Of a stretch of 64,000 nt of DNA, positions 24,850-38,479 are shown one piece after another. The notes under the pieces are model-generated. The model was given only the letters and a program-made list of their open reading frames with translations, was not told the origin of the DNA and searched no databases. Source of the DNA: Mytilus californianus (taxonomy: Eukaryota); NCBI RefSeq assembly GCF_021869535.1, contig NW_026262679.1:19468001-19532000 (forward strand), in the 5' to 3' direction. Both the position numbers and the translations under genes were made by a program. Position 1 is the stretch's first letter; every line of letters starts with the position of its first letter.

Positions 24850-26082
24850 TATTAATTGGCCTCTGAAATTGCAAAACAGTAAACTTATGCAAGACTATCA
24901 GAATTAACTTTACTGATAAATGAATAGGTCAATATAATCTGGACACTTCTGTGCAGAAAGGTTACTTGAGATGTCACAAATATGTTAACAATATTTTAAC
25001 AAAAAAATGTCATTTTCAAATGAGAGGCGAAAGATACCAAAGAGACATTTAAACTCATAAGTCAAAAATAAACTGACAACGCAATGGCTAACAAGACCAA
25101 CAGACAAACAACAGTACACAAAACACCATAGAAAACTAAAGACTCAGTTTTAGACAAAATAGATATGCACAACAGCTTAACTCAAAAAAGTATTTTACAC
25201 GCATTAACATCTTTAAACAATTCTTTTTATAGCAAAATATCTTTTTGTGTAAATATGTTACTCATAACTTAATATAAATGGCAAGACCAAAAAATGAGTC
25301 TTATTCAGCAGTTTCTGCAAGAAGTTTGAAGCCTCAATGTTAAGATTAAAGAAACAATTCAAAGCTATTAATACTGATATCTAGCAGACTAATGTCTACT
25401 CAACATTTGAAAATACTTAACTTCAATTTACAAATTAAAACATGTCATTGTTATCATTCCGTAACATCACTGACGAATTGGCTACTGGGGAGTTTTATTG
25501 TAAAATTTCCTATTTTTGTTTAAGGCAACAAAACGAGTGTAGTGACCAACAGTTTTCAATTTTTGTTCTGAAAGCTTTCATATCAGCTATTTTCTCATAT
25601 ACCAAACAAACTTCAGCATTTCTGGTAATATGTTTTACCTTTATTGGTTATATTAACATTGCAAGTTTTATTTTGCTGTATTAACATGGTTAATGCAATA
25701 AAGTCCAATAAAAAAACTCTTTACATAAAGAGATAATTCCTTGATACCACAAAAATAGTCTACTTATGTAATTTACAAAAAATGTATCACGATAAAATAA
25801 ATTCATGAAATATATAATATTTAGAATTGTGTAAAACAGGAAACAAGATAGAAATATATATAATTGTGAAATTTCATTTGTGAGAAAATCATGACTTATT
25901 CAATTCAAAAACATTATGATTTTTTCCATTTAAAAAGATTAAAACCAATCATATCTTTTCTAAAATTTCCCCAAATAACTGATTCGTCTCGTTGTTTAGA
26001 ACATACCTACATTTACTATATACTGTTAACTACCTATGCATATGATTCATTTTGCTAAAAAAAAAAATAACTGCACATTTAA

Positions 26083-26693
26083 GGTAGCTGGGGTGTCTCC
26101 TTCCATCTTGGATTTTGAAAAAGTAGAAAACAATCGGTGTAGATCTTTAATGAAATGAGCAAATTTCAAGAGTAGTATGTAATTCATGTGTAAGACTTTT
26201 TATGTTAATATTGAAAATTATGTGTTTTATCATATTTACGGCTGTATTTTACAAAAAACAGAATACTTTTGTTTGATTCATTTTTTTTCAACTCTGCCAC
26301 ATAAGGGGAGATAACTCATATATAAGTGGAGATAACTCAGATTAAGAACCTTTTATAAAAGAATGTGTTGTGAATTTACCTATTTTATTATGTAGCGAGA
26401 GAACGAGTCCGGTGACCCCATTTTTTCTTTTTCTTATCTCAAAGCATATTATTAGTGCTATCCTCTCATATTTTATCGTAAAATTCTATGGTGTAGTTTT
26501 CTTTTTATCACACAAAATTAGGTTTTACATGCATAATCTATACAAAATCTGACAATTTAGCACAACCTGTAGCGTGAAAAAAGCCCGGTGACCCATACTT
26601 TTTATCATATTTTTGAAAAAAAGCATGATATAAACTACATTTTGTCAAATTATTAAAAAATTCTATGGATTCTAATTTAGACCCCCATCTACC
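26083..26693. mobile_element. Kolobok-like MITE with TTAA target-site duplication
   Basis: TTAA-GGTAGCTGGGG ... CCCCATCTACC-TTAA. The paralogous empty site has a single TTAA at 34184-34187. Confidence 0.9.
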
Positions 26694-26734
26694 TTAACAT
26701 AAACACTTTGATGTATTACTTGTGATAGATTTCA

Positions 26735-26905
26735 TGTTGCTGTTAAATGCCACTTTCACCAATGTTGGCTATATCGCGACTGCCAGTTTTTATTAGTGGA
26801 AAAGCCGGAGTGCCCGGAGAGAACCACCGATATTCGGCTGGAAAACTAGCATTCCTAGTTATTAAAGATCGATTCCGAACTAACCTGTCACGTGCGGGGT
26901 TTGGA
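26735..26905 (-). mobile_element. Diverged SINE copy (same superfamily as 20393-20662); paralog at about 34235-34450
   Basis: CCAGTTTTTATTAGTGGAAAAGCCGGAGTGCCCGGAGAGAACCACCGA matches the SINE core. Confidence 0.8.
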
Positions 26906-27370
26906 TTCACAAACCTCTTGATTTTTTTATTTTCAATACTCTGCAGCTTCGTATTTGATTTTGCTTTCCACCTGTTTTGATTCGAGCGCCACCTATAGGT
27001 CAGAAGTTGACAAAACGCGCGTCTGGCTTATGCGGATTCCGATATCTTTGATGATTTAAAATTCAACAATATTGTCATTATTTGTTAGGCATAGATATAC
27101 CTTAACTCTTTACTCTGTAGCAATCTTTGACACTTGAACCGAGATTTTGCGACACTTGAACTATTGACGTCATACACCAGTCATTTTGCATTGTGTCGCC
27201 AAACAATCCAATCCAAAAGATTTCACTGACAACTGAAGACTTAACAAAACTAACTCCTGACCAACAAAAACGTGAGGTGATCTCATGTGATCTGAAAGGA
27301 CAGCATATCCTGTTCCCCTAGTCGGACCCGTGATGTTGCTCATGGCAAGTAGATATTTGGTTTAATATCA

Positions 27371-27790
27371 AAATAAGGAGATGTGGTATGATTGCCAATG
27401 AGACAACAATCCACCAAAGTTCTAATGAAATGGATGTTTACAATTATAGACAACCGTACTGCCTTCAACAATGAGAAAAACCCATACCGTATAGTCGGCT
27501 ATGAAAGGATTCGACATGAAAAATATGAAACAATTTGAGAAAGCGTACGGCCTCATTTATAACAAAACAATTTACCAAAAATATATATGACAGACATGAA
27601 CCAACGACAACCACTGAACTACAGGCTCCTGACTTGGGACAGGCACATAAAGAATGTGGCGGGGTTAAACATGTTTTAGAGCGCTCAATCCTCCCCCTTA
27701 CCGGGGTCAGTGGTGTCACAGCAAGGCATAAGAACAAACTACAAACATCAGTTGAAAAGGGCTTAACTAGTCAGATCGATACAAAGCAGA
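27371..27790 (+). repeat. Abundant interspersed repeat (AATAAGGAGATGTGGTATGATTGCCAATGAGACAAC family)
   Basis: Near-complete inverted copy at about 51815-52425; shared CTCCTGACTTGGGACAGGCACATA and GTGGCGGGGTTAAACATG. Confidence 0.8.
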
Positions 27791-27799
27791 CAAACATCT

Positions 27800-28030
27800 A
27801 ACAACCCACCATTTTTTCTTAAAATGTCCTGTACCAAGTCAGGAAAATGGCCATTGTTATCTTATAGTTCGTTTCCGTGTGTGTTGCATTTTAGTGTTGT
27901 GTTTCTGTTGTGTCGTTGTTCCCCTCTTATATTTGATGTGTTTCCCTCAGTTTTAGTTTGAAACCCGGATTTGTTTTTTTTCTCAATCGATTTATGAATT
28001 TCGAATAGCGGTATACTACTGTTGCCTTTA
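27800..28030. repeat. Interspersed repeat; other copies at about 46870-47130 (inverted) and 50590-50730
   Basis: Shared TTGATGTGTTTCCCTCAGTTTT..ACCCGGATTT..CGGTATACTACT(G/A)TTGCCTTTA. Confidence 0.75.
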
Positions 28031-28416
28031 TTTACCCGCTAGTCATCAACCACTCCCTTTCTTCTTGCTGTTTATATTTACGTGGAAGACGTAAAGAGAA
28101 AGCTGATTTGAAATCATTTAACACTTTCTTTAAGTGTGCTTAATGAGTCGTGTTAAACAAGTCAGTAGTAATTTTTTTTTCGTTTTACTAAAACTATATC
28201 CAGACTGGAAAAAAACAAAGTGGATAATATCGGAAAGATTTTGTCATTAAACCTGCTGACAAATCAGCCAACCACGTTGTTCTTGTCTAAATTATTTCAA
28301 ACTGAAATGACAAACGAGTAGGTATGATAAAAACCAATAATTAAGGTCTTTCCTTTCTAAATGGAAAGACCTTATTGTATTTCGTTTGTTTATTTTTAAG
28401 GTTTTTCCTTTCTTAA

Positions 28417-28806
28417 GGATGTTCGCTACTCAGTTTCAAAATAACAAGGTTTTAAAAAGACTGTTATCAATTGATAGTATATAAATGAAGGAACTGAAAA
28501 ATCAGAAAAAAATGAAGGGTTCGTGTGCTTGTTTTCGAGATATAAGCCATTGAAAATTTGGCGGAAAATGATTCTCTCTAGATTTTTCATACATTTAACA
28601 TTGGCACCTTTTTTCTTTCAAAAACTATAAAAAAATAACAAGGATTTTATAAGATTTTCAAATATGGCTTTTAAAACTATATGTAATAAAATTATGAAAA
28701 GAAAAGTAGGGGTTAGTGGGCAATATTTTTTAATGGCAATACATGAGTAAAACCAGAGGATTCCGAAAATCTGTCAAAAATTCAAAAACAACAGGAGCAA
28801 ACATCC
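28417..28806. mobile_element. Kolobok-like MITE
   Basis: TTAA-GGATGTTCGC ... GCAAACATCC-TTAA. Confidence 0.75.
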
Positions 28807-28810
28807 TTAA

Positions 28811-30905
28811 TGGAAAGACCTTACTGTTATTCGTTTGTTTATTATTCTTTTTCCTCGTCCGTTTTCAAAGTCAAAAATCAAAAAAAGTACGCCATATATC
28901 TAAATGATCTTTGGTACTAGGTATCAGGTTAATAAAATCTATCTTGCATTAGGGGAACCAAAGTGTACTATTTACCTTATAGGAGTTATCTCCCCAACTA
29001 CAAAAGACATTGTTATCGCTACTCTTTATAAACTATAAGATTTAGCGGCAAATAGTTTTTTTTAAATGTGCCTTGCCACATGTCGCAACTTTAAATAATT
29101 TTAACCGAAGCGATCCAGTGACCTATTATAATAGTTATTTCCCCTTGAATATTTTACTTTTCGGTATGCATAAGAATCTCTTTAACCATAAGTTTTAAAG
29201 ACCTAGGGTCTTTTGATTTGAGATCATTGGACCATAACTTGAAAATATAGGTCAAGGTCATATTTTAGATTTTGACATTTCTTTGATTTTACTATAATTC
29301 TCAAATGGTTATAGATAGAGAAAATTTAAATAGTGAAAAATGTTTGGTACTTTAAGGAGAAACTTTGTTGAATTATGACTGTATTGATTTTACCATTATT
29401 TAAGGGACATAACCCCCATTGACGGTTTACTAAAAGACATTATTAGGCAAATCTCTTTAACAAAAGGTCCTAGACCCATAAGGTCTTTCGCAATGACATT
29501 GTGGACCAATGACCTTGACCAAGGTTACAAGGTCAAAGGTCAAGGTCATGTCAAAAAAGGCAAACTATGTGTTTTTGACCCTATATAAAGGGTTTTATGT
29601 ATGTTTTAATGCTTTTGTAGGTTGACATTAACCTTTGACCTTAATACTCGTTAAGGGATATCTCAGAAATCCTTATACTTACAGGAATCGTAAATAGTGA
29701 AAAATATTTGGGTCATTAAGGCGCAACTTTGTTACATATAACCTTTCTGTAAGGGGCATAACCTCCTTTAACGGTTTCTGAAAGAAAAAATTAGATTTAA
29801 CTCTTAAACCTCAGTTGCAGAGGTTCAAAAAATGTAAACAACTTGGGGACCCATGGTGTAAGGGAGTGTTACATGATTTTAGCGTTAGTCATAGATATAC
29901 AACTAAATTCCCCCTATCAAGGGACAACACCAGTATTTTGGTGCGACAAGTGTATGACAGTATGTATATTTAAAAAAAATATGGAAGGAAAGACCTCTCA
30001 ATAATCAAGAAGAATTGAATTTTAATTATTATTCTTTTTCCTCCGCCGTTTTCAAAGTCAAAAGTCAAGAAAAGTACGCAACATATCAAAATGATCTTTG
30101 GTTCCAAGTATCGGGTTAATAAAAGCTATCTTGTATTAGGGGCACCAAAGTGTACTATTTACCTTATAGGAGTTATCTCCCCAATTACAAAAACCATTGT
30201 TATCGCTGCTCTTCATAAACTATAATAGTTAGCGGCAAATGTTTTTTTTTTATAAATGTTCCTTGCCACATGTCTCAACTTTGATTAATTTTAACCGAAG
30301 ATATCCAGTGACTTCTTATAGGAGTTATTTCCCCTTGAATACTTTACTTTTCGGTATGCATAGAAATCTCATGAACCGTAAGTTGTAAGGACCTAGGGTC
30401 TTTTGATTTGAGATCATTGCACCATAACTTGAAAATATAGGTCTAGGTCAAAGGTTAAGGTCATATTTTAGATTTTTATATTTCTTTGATTTCCCTATAA
30501 TTCTCGAATGGTTATAGATACAGAAAATTTAAATAGTGAAAAATGCTTGGAACTTCAAGGGGCAACTTTGTTACATTATGACTGTTTTGGTTTTATCATT
30601 GTGTAAGGGACATAACCCCCATTGATTGTTTATAAAAAGACATTATTAGGCAAAACTCTTGAACAAAAGGTCCTAGACCCATAGGGTCCGTTGCAATGAC
30701 AGTGTGGACCAATGACCTTGACCAAGGTTACAAGGTCAAAGGTCAAGGTCATGTACAAGGAGGCAAATTATATGTTTTGGCACTAATTAAAGAGTGTAAT
30801 GTGTGTTTTAATGCTTTTGTAGGTTGACATTGACTTTTGACCTTACTACTTGTTAAGGGATCTCTCAAAAGCTAAATCCCATGTGTTGAGATATAGTATC
30901 TAGGC
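28811..30905. repeat. Two tandem ~1-kb copies of a non-autonomous element rich in AGGTCAAAGGTCAAGGTCA (about 28811-29870 and 30020-30905)
   Basis: Colinear similarity, e.g. CCGTTTTCAAAGTCAAAA..AAAAGTACGC and GGACCAATGACCTTGACCAAGGTTACAAGGTCAAAGGTCAAGGTCATG in both copies. Confidence 0.85.
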
Positions 30906-30929
30906 TTTCAATTCCGTTTTTGCATGATT

Positions 30930-31470
30930 CTAGTGGCTCGGTTCCATGTGTTTAATCAACTAACAAACCAACCGACCAACCAACCAATCAATCAATCAAC
31001 CAATCAATCAGTTAATCATTGCATGCATGTTTCCGTCTCATGTGTTTAATATGGGGTCCAAGATCTCATTTGTTTCTTTTTTGTTTGTTTCAAGAGACCC
31101 TATCCCACGTGTTTAATTAATCAATCAATCAATCAACCAACCAACCAACCAACCAACTAACCAGCCAATTAATCAATCAATCAACCAACCAACCAATCAA
31201 TTAATCAATCATTGCATGCATGCATGTTTCCGTCTGATGTGTTTAATATGGGGTCCAAGATCTCATTTGTTTCTTTTTTGCTTGTTTCAAGAGACCATAT
31301 CACATATGTTCAATTAATCAACCAACCAACTAACCAATCAGTCAATCATTCATTGCATGCATGTTTCCGTCTCATATGTTTAATACTGGATCCAAGATCT
31401 CCTTTGTTTCTTTTTCGCTTGTTATCGTGTTTTATCAACCAATCAATCAACCAACCAATCAATCAACCAA

Positions 31471-31502
<32 letters not shown>

Positions 31503-31742
31503 CCAACCAATCAATCAATCAATTGTTACATGCATGTTTCCATTTGTTTCTTTTTCGGTTGTGTCAAGAGACCCTTTCCCACGTGTTTAATTAATTAAAC
31601 AATCAACCAACCAACCAACCAACCAATCAATCAATCATTCATTGCATGCATGTTTTTGTCTCATGTGTTAAATGCGGGGTCCAAGGTCTCATTTGTTTCT
31701 TTTTCGCTTGTGCCAGGAGACCCTATCCAACGTGTTTAATCG

Positions 31743-31792
<50 letters not shown>

Positions 31793-32535
31793 TAATCAAT
31801 GAATCACTGAATCAATTATTCATTCATTCATTGCATGCATGTTTCGGTCTCGTGTGTTTAATACGGGGTCCAGGATCTCATTTGTTTCTTTTTCGCTTGT
31901 TTCAAAAGACCCTATCCCACGTGTTTAATTAATCAACAAACCAATAAACAAACCAATCAACCAACCAATCATTAAACCAATCCACCAACCAATCAATTAA
32001 TCAATCAACCAATCAATCAATCGTTACATGCATGTTTCCGTCTCATTTGTTTCTTTTTCGCTTGTGTCAAGAGACTTTATCCCACGTTTTCAATTAATTA
32101 ATTGATCAATCAATCAATCAATCAACCAATCAATCAATTAATCAACCAATAAATCAATCAATCATTCATTCATTGCATGCATCTTTCTGCCTCATGTGTT
32201 TAATTCGGGGTTCAAGGTCTCATTTGTTTTCTTATTCGCTTGTGCAAAGAGACCCTATCCAACGTGTTTGATCGATCAATAAATCAATCAATCAACCAAC
32301 CAATCAATCAAGTAATGAATCAATATATCAATCAATCAATCAATCAATCATTCATTGCATGCATGTTTCCGTCTCGTGTGTTTAATACGGGATGCCAACA
32401 TCTCATCTGTTTCTTTTTCACTTGTTTTAAGAGACCCTATCCCACGTGTTTAATTAATCAACAAACCAACCAACCAATTAATCAACCAATCAACCAACCA
32501 ACCAATCACTCAATCAATAAACAAATCAATCATGT
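30930..32535. repeat. Compound satellite: (AATC/AACC)n tracts alternating with two conserved core blocks
   Basis: Repeated TTGCATGCATGTTTCCGTCTCATGTGTTTAAT...CAAGATCTCATTTGTTTCTTTTT...AAGAGACCCTATCCCACGTGTTTAATT between tetranucleotide tracts. Confidence 0.95.
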
Positions 32536-32607
32536 TTCGGAGGGGAAAGACCTCTCAGTTATTCAAGAAGAATTGAATTTTAATTCTTATATGATTTCCA
32601 TTTTTAC

Positions 32608-34405
32608 AAAAACTTGAATAGGGTTGATCTGTTAGATTGGTTTCCCTTGATTTACACTTCGATAAACCATGTTGCCGAGACTACTTTCGTAACCAATTTA
32701 AACCCTATATCCATTTCAATGTGATCTATTAATGTGCGATACGATACACGTGCATGGGATCCTGGGGTTCCAAGAAAATCAAAATCGAAAATAAATGTAC
32801 AGAACTGTAATTCCTTAAGAGCTAGGAAAAATAAGTTAAATAAAAATAAAACCAAGTTCCGCGAAATTTCATGAATGATCTTGATGTATTAATGACTAAT
32901 GAAAAAGAAAATTGTAAGTTAAAAATTAAAAATGTTTGTGTGACGAATTATACGATAAAACACATTTTTTCTAGAGGTTATTGATATGTTAATGAGGCCG
33001 CTGACTCACAAACTTTGAATGTTTGTGAGCTAATCGCCCGTGTTTACACATCGATAACCTCTAGAAAAAATGTGTTTAATCCTATATTAATTGGCCTCTG
33101 AAATTGCAAAACAGTCAACTTATTCACACCTTTCAGAATTAACTTTACTCATAAATAAATAGGTCAATATAATCTGGACACTTCTGTGCAGAAAGGTTAC
33201 TTGAGATGTCAGAAACATGTTAAACATATTAATAATTGTCATTTTACATAGTTTTTGGGCAAAATAGATATGCACAACAGCTTAACTCATAAAGATATTT
33301 TACACGCATTAACTTTTTAAAATTCTTTTTATAGCAACATATCTTTTTAGGTAAATATGTTGCTCATAAGTTAATATAAATGACAAGACCAAAAATGAGT
33401 CTTATTCAGCAGTTTCTGAAAGAAGTTTGAAGCTTCAATTTTTACACTAACGAAACAATTCAAAGCTATTTATACTCATATCTATCAAACTAATGTCTGC
33501 TGAACATTTGAATATATTCAATTTCAATTTACAAATGAAAACATGTCTTTGTTATCATTCCATAACATCACTGACGAATTGGCTACTGGACAGATTTATA
33601 GTAAAATTTTCTATATTTGTTTAAGGCAAGAAAACGAGTGTAGTGACAAATAATTTTCCATTTTTTTTCTCATAAAGCTTTTTATATCCGCTATTTTCTC
33701 ATATAACAAACAAATTTCAGCATTTCTGGTTATGTGTTCGTACCTTTATTGGTTATATTAACATTGCAAGTTTCATTTTGCTGTATTAACATAGTTAATG
33801 CAATAAAATCCAATTAAATACTTTTTACATTAACAGTTAATTTCTTGATACCACAAAAATAGTTTACCAATGTAATTCATCACGATAAAATAAAATGTCG
33901 TGAAATATTTATAATAATATAATATATAATATTTAGAATTATGTAAAACAGCAACCAAGATAGAAATATATATAAATGTGAAATGGCATTTGTGAGAAAA
34001 TCATGTCTTATTCAATTCAAAAACATTATTAATTTTGACATTTAGAATTATTAAAACCGATCATATCTTTTCTAAAATTTCCCCAAATAACTGATTCGTA
34101 TCGCTGTACAGAACATACCTACATTTCACATATACTGTCCAATGCCTATGAATATGATTGATTTTGCAAAACAAAATGCACATTTAACATAAACAATTTG
34201 ATGTATTACTTGTGATTCATGTAATGTTGGTGTTAAATTCCACTTGCATCACTGTTGGCTATATCGCGACTGCCAGTTTTTCTTAAATAAAAAGCCGGAG
34301 TGTCCGGAGAAAACAACCCATCTTCGGCTAGAAAACTGGCATTCCTATTTATTTAAGATCAAAGTCGAACTAACCTACCACGTCCGGGGTTTGGACTCAC
34401 AACCT
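32608..34405. repeat. Segmental duplication copy 2 (paralog of 24396-26925)
   Basis: See copy 1. Confidence 0.92.
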
Positions 34406-35789
34406 CAATAGACATGAACTACTTACTCCAATCGGCCAACCGAGGCCCCTTACTAATAGTGAGTTCATTCCACGTGCACTGCTAATTGAATATCGTAAAC
34501 TCCACACTTCCCTGTTAGTTCATGATAGCATGAATTTGTCCGATGTTAGTGCTTCGGGTGATCCAAGACTTATCACATAGATTTTAGTAAAAAAATCTAA
34601 TAATAACTAAAAATCAAAATAAATTGTTAGAATATCAATTGACATGTTTTGCCTTTTATGAAATATTTAAACCAAGGAAGGAAGGTTCTAGAGCCTGTGC
34701 AATTGAAGTGATTTCATGAAAACTGGAATTGGCATAAATTTGATGCACAGAATACCTAGTATTAGCAAATACCATCTACAACCAAAACATATGACCTCAA
34801 TGATTATAACTGAACACCGCATGGGTCTACGAATTATGGTTTGTGATTTGTGTCAACTTAAAAACAGTTTTATCTTATTGTCCTTAAAATTTTCATTATT
34901 TTACTTTTTCTCTATATACTATAATTTTTGAAATACAGCGCTAACAGGGTTCAAAGATATATGTCAAGGTCAACCAAGAAATTGAATTGTAAGCAAAATT
35001 CAATGTCATATGATTTGATGATCATTAATAAAGACCCCATTAGTCCAGGGCCAATGGTTTCAAAGTTCATGGTAATAATGCCTTTTAATAAAACGTCAAT
35101 AGATGTTATGCCCGTTGCGTAAAGGTCAAATCTTTTCGGTCAAAATTTAACAAAGTTGCCCCTTAATGACACAAAGATGATTTCCACTATTAAAGTCCTC
35201 ATTAACTAGTAAGGCCTATAGTCAAAGATCAAGATCAACCTACAAAATTGAACTTGAAACATTTTCAATGTCACATGAATTGATGATCATTGGTGAAAAT
35301 CCAGGGTGTCTACAACTTACGGTTTCTAAGTTGAAGTGGATAACAGACATCGGTTAATTTTAAAAAAAGTATAACCTTACCAAGGAATCTTTGAATCTTT
35401 TTTGGTCCAATGTAACAAATTACGTTGGCAAGTTCTTGAACAAAATCCACTATTCGTTTTTGGTCTACCTACTTCGGTTACAGTATTTATCCTTTAACAA
35501 TGTTTTTAGGTTTTGGGCAAATAACTCAGTACCTACCAAATTTATGACTCACAGCAGTGAGTTTTCCCTTTTTACGATCTCATTGCATATAGAAGCTAAA
35601 ATGGAATATAATAATTAGAAACTGTGTTGTCTATTTGAAAATGCATTCTCTATTCTGTTTGATCAGCACTCTCTGAAATATATAAATGACTATGATGCAT
35701 TGCCTATATATAAATGTCTAAAATAAATATTGTCTATCAAATTTAAACATACTTCAGCATGATAATTTCCATTATACAAGAAAAAGTTA

Positions 35790-36506
35790 AACAACAAAAA
35801 TACCGAACTTCAAGGAAAATTCAAAACGGAAAATCCCTTACCAATTGGCAAAATCAAAAGCTCAAACACATCAAACGAATGGAAAACAACTGTCATATTC
35901 CTGACTTCATACAGGCATTTCCTTATGTAGAAAATGGTGGATTAAACCTGGTTTTAAAGCTAGCTAAACCTCTCACTTGTATGACAGTCGCATACAATTC
36001 CATTATATTGACAACAATGTGTGGACAAAACAAACAGACATATTAGGTAAAAATGTCAAAAATAGAAGTACAGCAGTCAACATTGTGTTATTATCTCAAT
36101 CACTATAAAACAAACAAATATGTCAACAAAGAAAAACAAAATGGCATATAGACAAAGCACATACGCAAAAATGAAACACAAAAATACAAAAAATTACCAT
36201 AGCACAACACACAATGGCGGGATGTACAAGTACCGAGCCACGCCTAAAGGATATTACCAAATACGGACCAAACAGTAAACGTAAATAATTTACAAAGACA
36301 AATAAAAGGACACTATAACACGTTATAAAGACGATAAACAACGCTAGTACCTAGAATCTATACATCAAGACCATAATGTATTATTTGTGAAGTTGATACG
36401 GAATATTTATCAACAAGGTCTTGCTATCTTCCGATGAACTTTTTTAGAAAAAGGACGAGACGTTCTTTGACATAACCTCGGTTCATCAACTTTCTGCTCA
36501 GACACA
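35790..36506 (-). mobile_element. Second copy of the PLE 3' end (ORF terminus plus 3' region)
   Basis: CTAGAATCTATAC(A/T)TCAAGACCAT..GAAGTTGATACGGAATATTTATCAACAAGGTCTTG is shared with 17228-17310; the upstream block matches 16400-16870. Confidence 0.85.
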
Positions 36507-38479
36507 AATTGCACCGTTTTATTCTAATAAATATAAAATGTTGTAATTTGATATGTTTTTTGGCATCTTCCGGTTCTTATAGATGCTTTACTAGAAAACC
36601 AGAAGATTAAGTTTGACAATAATGAATTTGACATTTTCCAGTCAAAAGGCATATATAAGAACAAGGTTAAAAATAATGTTTAAGAATACTACATACATCA
36701 ATGCTAAGTTATTGCAATTTAATAAGTCTTTCATTCCAAAACTCATGGCTAACATTATGACTATGAATTATTTTTTTGTGCGAACTTAAAACGTGTGATA
36801 TATATGAATATACACATATTATAATCAATTTCATTCCTGACAGCAGTTATTTAAAACAATATTCTAGTCTACTCCGTGTTGATGTATATTGATTGTTTGT
36901 CATGTCTTTTCTGACACGTTTGTTCTGTATATTCAGTTAGTCTTGAAGAAACATGCTAGTAGGTAAGAGGGAATGCAAAATTATGGTAGCAAAAGGCTTT
37001 CTGTTTTCTGTTACAAAATGTATGTTTGTTGTTAAAGATGTTGAATTTAAGAAAGATCTTTTAAAACCCCAGGTTGAATATATAACCATATGCATTTGCG
37101 CTTTATAAAAGTGTAATTGATTTTTTCACAAAATTTATTATTTTCTAACAAAAATATATATCTAATACATACTATTTGCTTTAGAAAGTTATTTAATTTT
37201 ATCTCTATTGGTCGCAAACAATAAAGGTGTTTGAAAAAAAAATATCACCTTGAGTATTGGGTAAATTAAAAAAATGTTTAGATATTTGGAAGAATAAAAC
37301 ATTATTTCAAGAAACCCTATCATTTGTATCGTTTTGCATAATTTTAATACTGCTATTCAAACTTTGACCAACAGTAAACGAGCAAAATTTATGGAGACTT
37401 GTCAAATAATTTTTATAAGATTTTTAAATCGACTTGAACATCAAACAACATAAGAAATAAGGCTTCTTTCTCTTTTAAGACTCAATATCTTATTAAATAA
37501 ATGTTCCTAAATTTAGATATATATTCATAGAGCGCTTTGAAAAAGGTGAAATGTCAGAATAGGCAAAACAATCATCATTTGTCAATAACAATTCAAACGT
37601 CCATAGACTATTAAATGAGAATTTAACAGATATAAACCATTGAATAATTACTCATTTCATACCATTTGACAACACTGACCTTGAGACCGTTAACGATATG
37701 TACATTAATTGAACATTAATCTATAAAAAGGGCGTAAAAAGACTCATAACAATAAGGAAACAAATAAAACTGAACATAACCAATCCCTTTTTAAGATGCA
37801 GATTAAATTACCAGAATAACTTGGCAGATATATATATAATCTAGCTGTATATTAACTCATCTTACCTCCTTTAAGATTTTAGGAATATCATTGATAAAAA
37901 GCAAACACGTGAAAACAGTGTATATGTAATACACGGTCGGTATGATTATATTTTGAATTCAAGGTCAGTGGGCGTGATTTATTTTAATACGCGAGATGAA
38001 TAAAACATCTGCATAACATAAACATTTCCCCTACGTTATGTTAGGTTTTCACATATAATGACGTCATTACAAAGAAAAACAGTGTCGTTTATATTTCTTA
38101 ATTGTATACACTTTTCTTTACTTTTAGCAAATTTGAAGTTGTTAAACAATATTTTTAGTCAAAATCCCGACGAAAATGCCCCTTTTGCTGTGTCGTGTTT
38201 GAAGCCACAAGTAGTAACAATCAAATGAAAAAAAATACGATAAGTTAGCGTAAGGTCTGGATGTGACATTCGATTATAACCATAATGTTTTACTTGACAG
38301 TATACTAGAAGGTAAAACGTATCTAGGAACGAATATTTATAAATGAAATTATACTCATAAATATGGCCTTTCAACTGTTTTGAATTGAAAGCCGCTGATT
38401 GATTAAATAGACGAAAAATACCTCTGATATACAAAACTATAAACTTAGTATCTCTGATAAATTTTTTAAACATGAATTG

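Larger units (their letters stand above)
24396..26925. repeat. Segmental duplication copy 1 (paralog of 32608-34405)
   Basis: Long colinear similarity, e.g. CAATGTGATCTATTAATGTGCGATACGATACACGTGCATGGGATCCTG in both copies. Copy 1 has extra inserts at about 25020-25146 and 26083-26693. Confidence 0.92.

Noticed and set aside
26984-27030. Functional hammerhead
   Set aside because: Homologous to family 3 but the CUGANGA core is destroyed; treated as a dead copy.
27105-27232. Minus-strand frame containing FWIGL (C-type lectin-like)
   Set aside because: Only the pentapeptide matches; CTL cysteine and WND motifs are not in the expected positions.
28236-28290. DFVIKPADKSANHVVLV PLE-like motif as a separate element
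   Set aside because: Too short (under 60 bp) to delimit or support as a feature.
31212-32617. ORFs rich in NQSI/NQPT repeats
   Set aside because: Translation of (AATC/AACC)n tracts.
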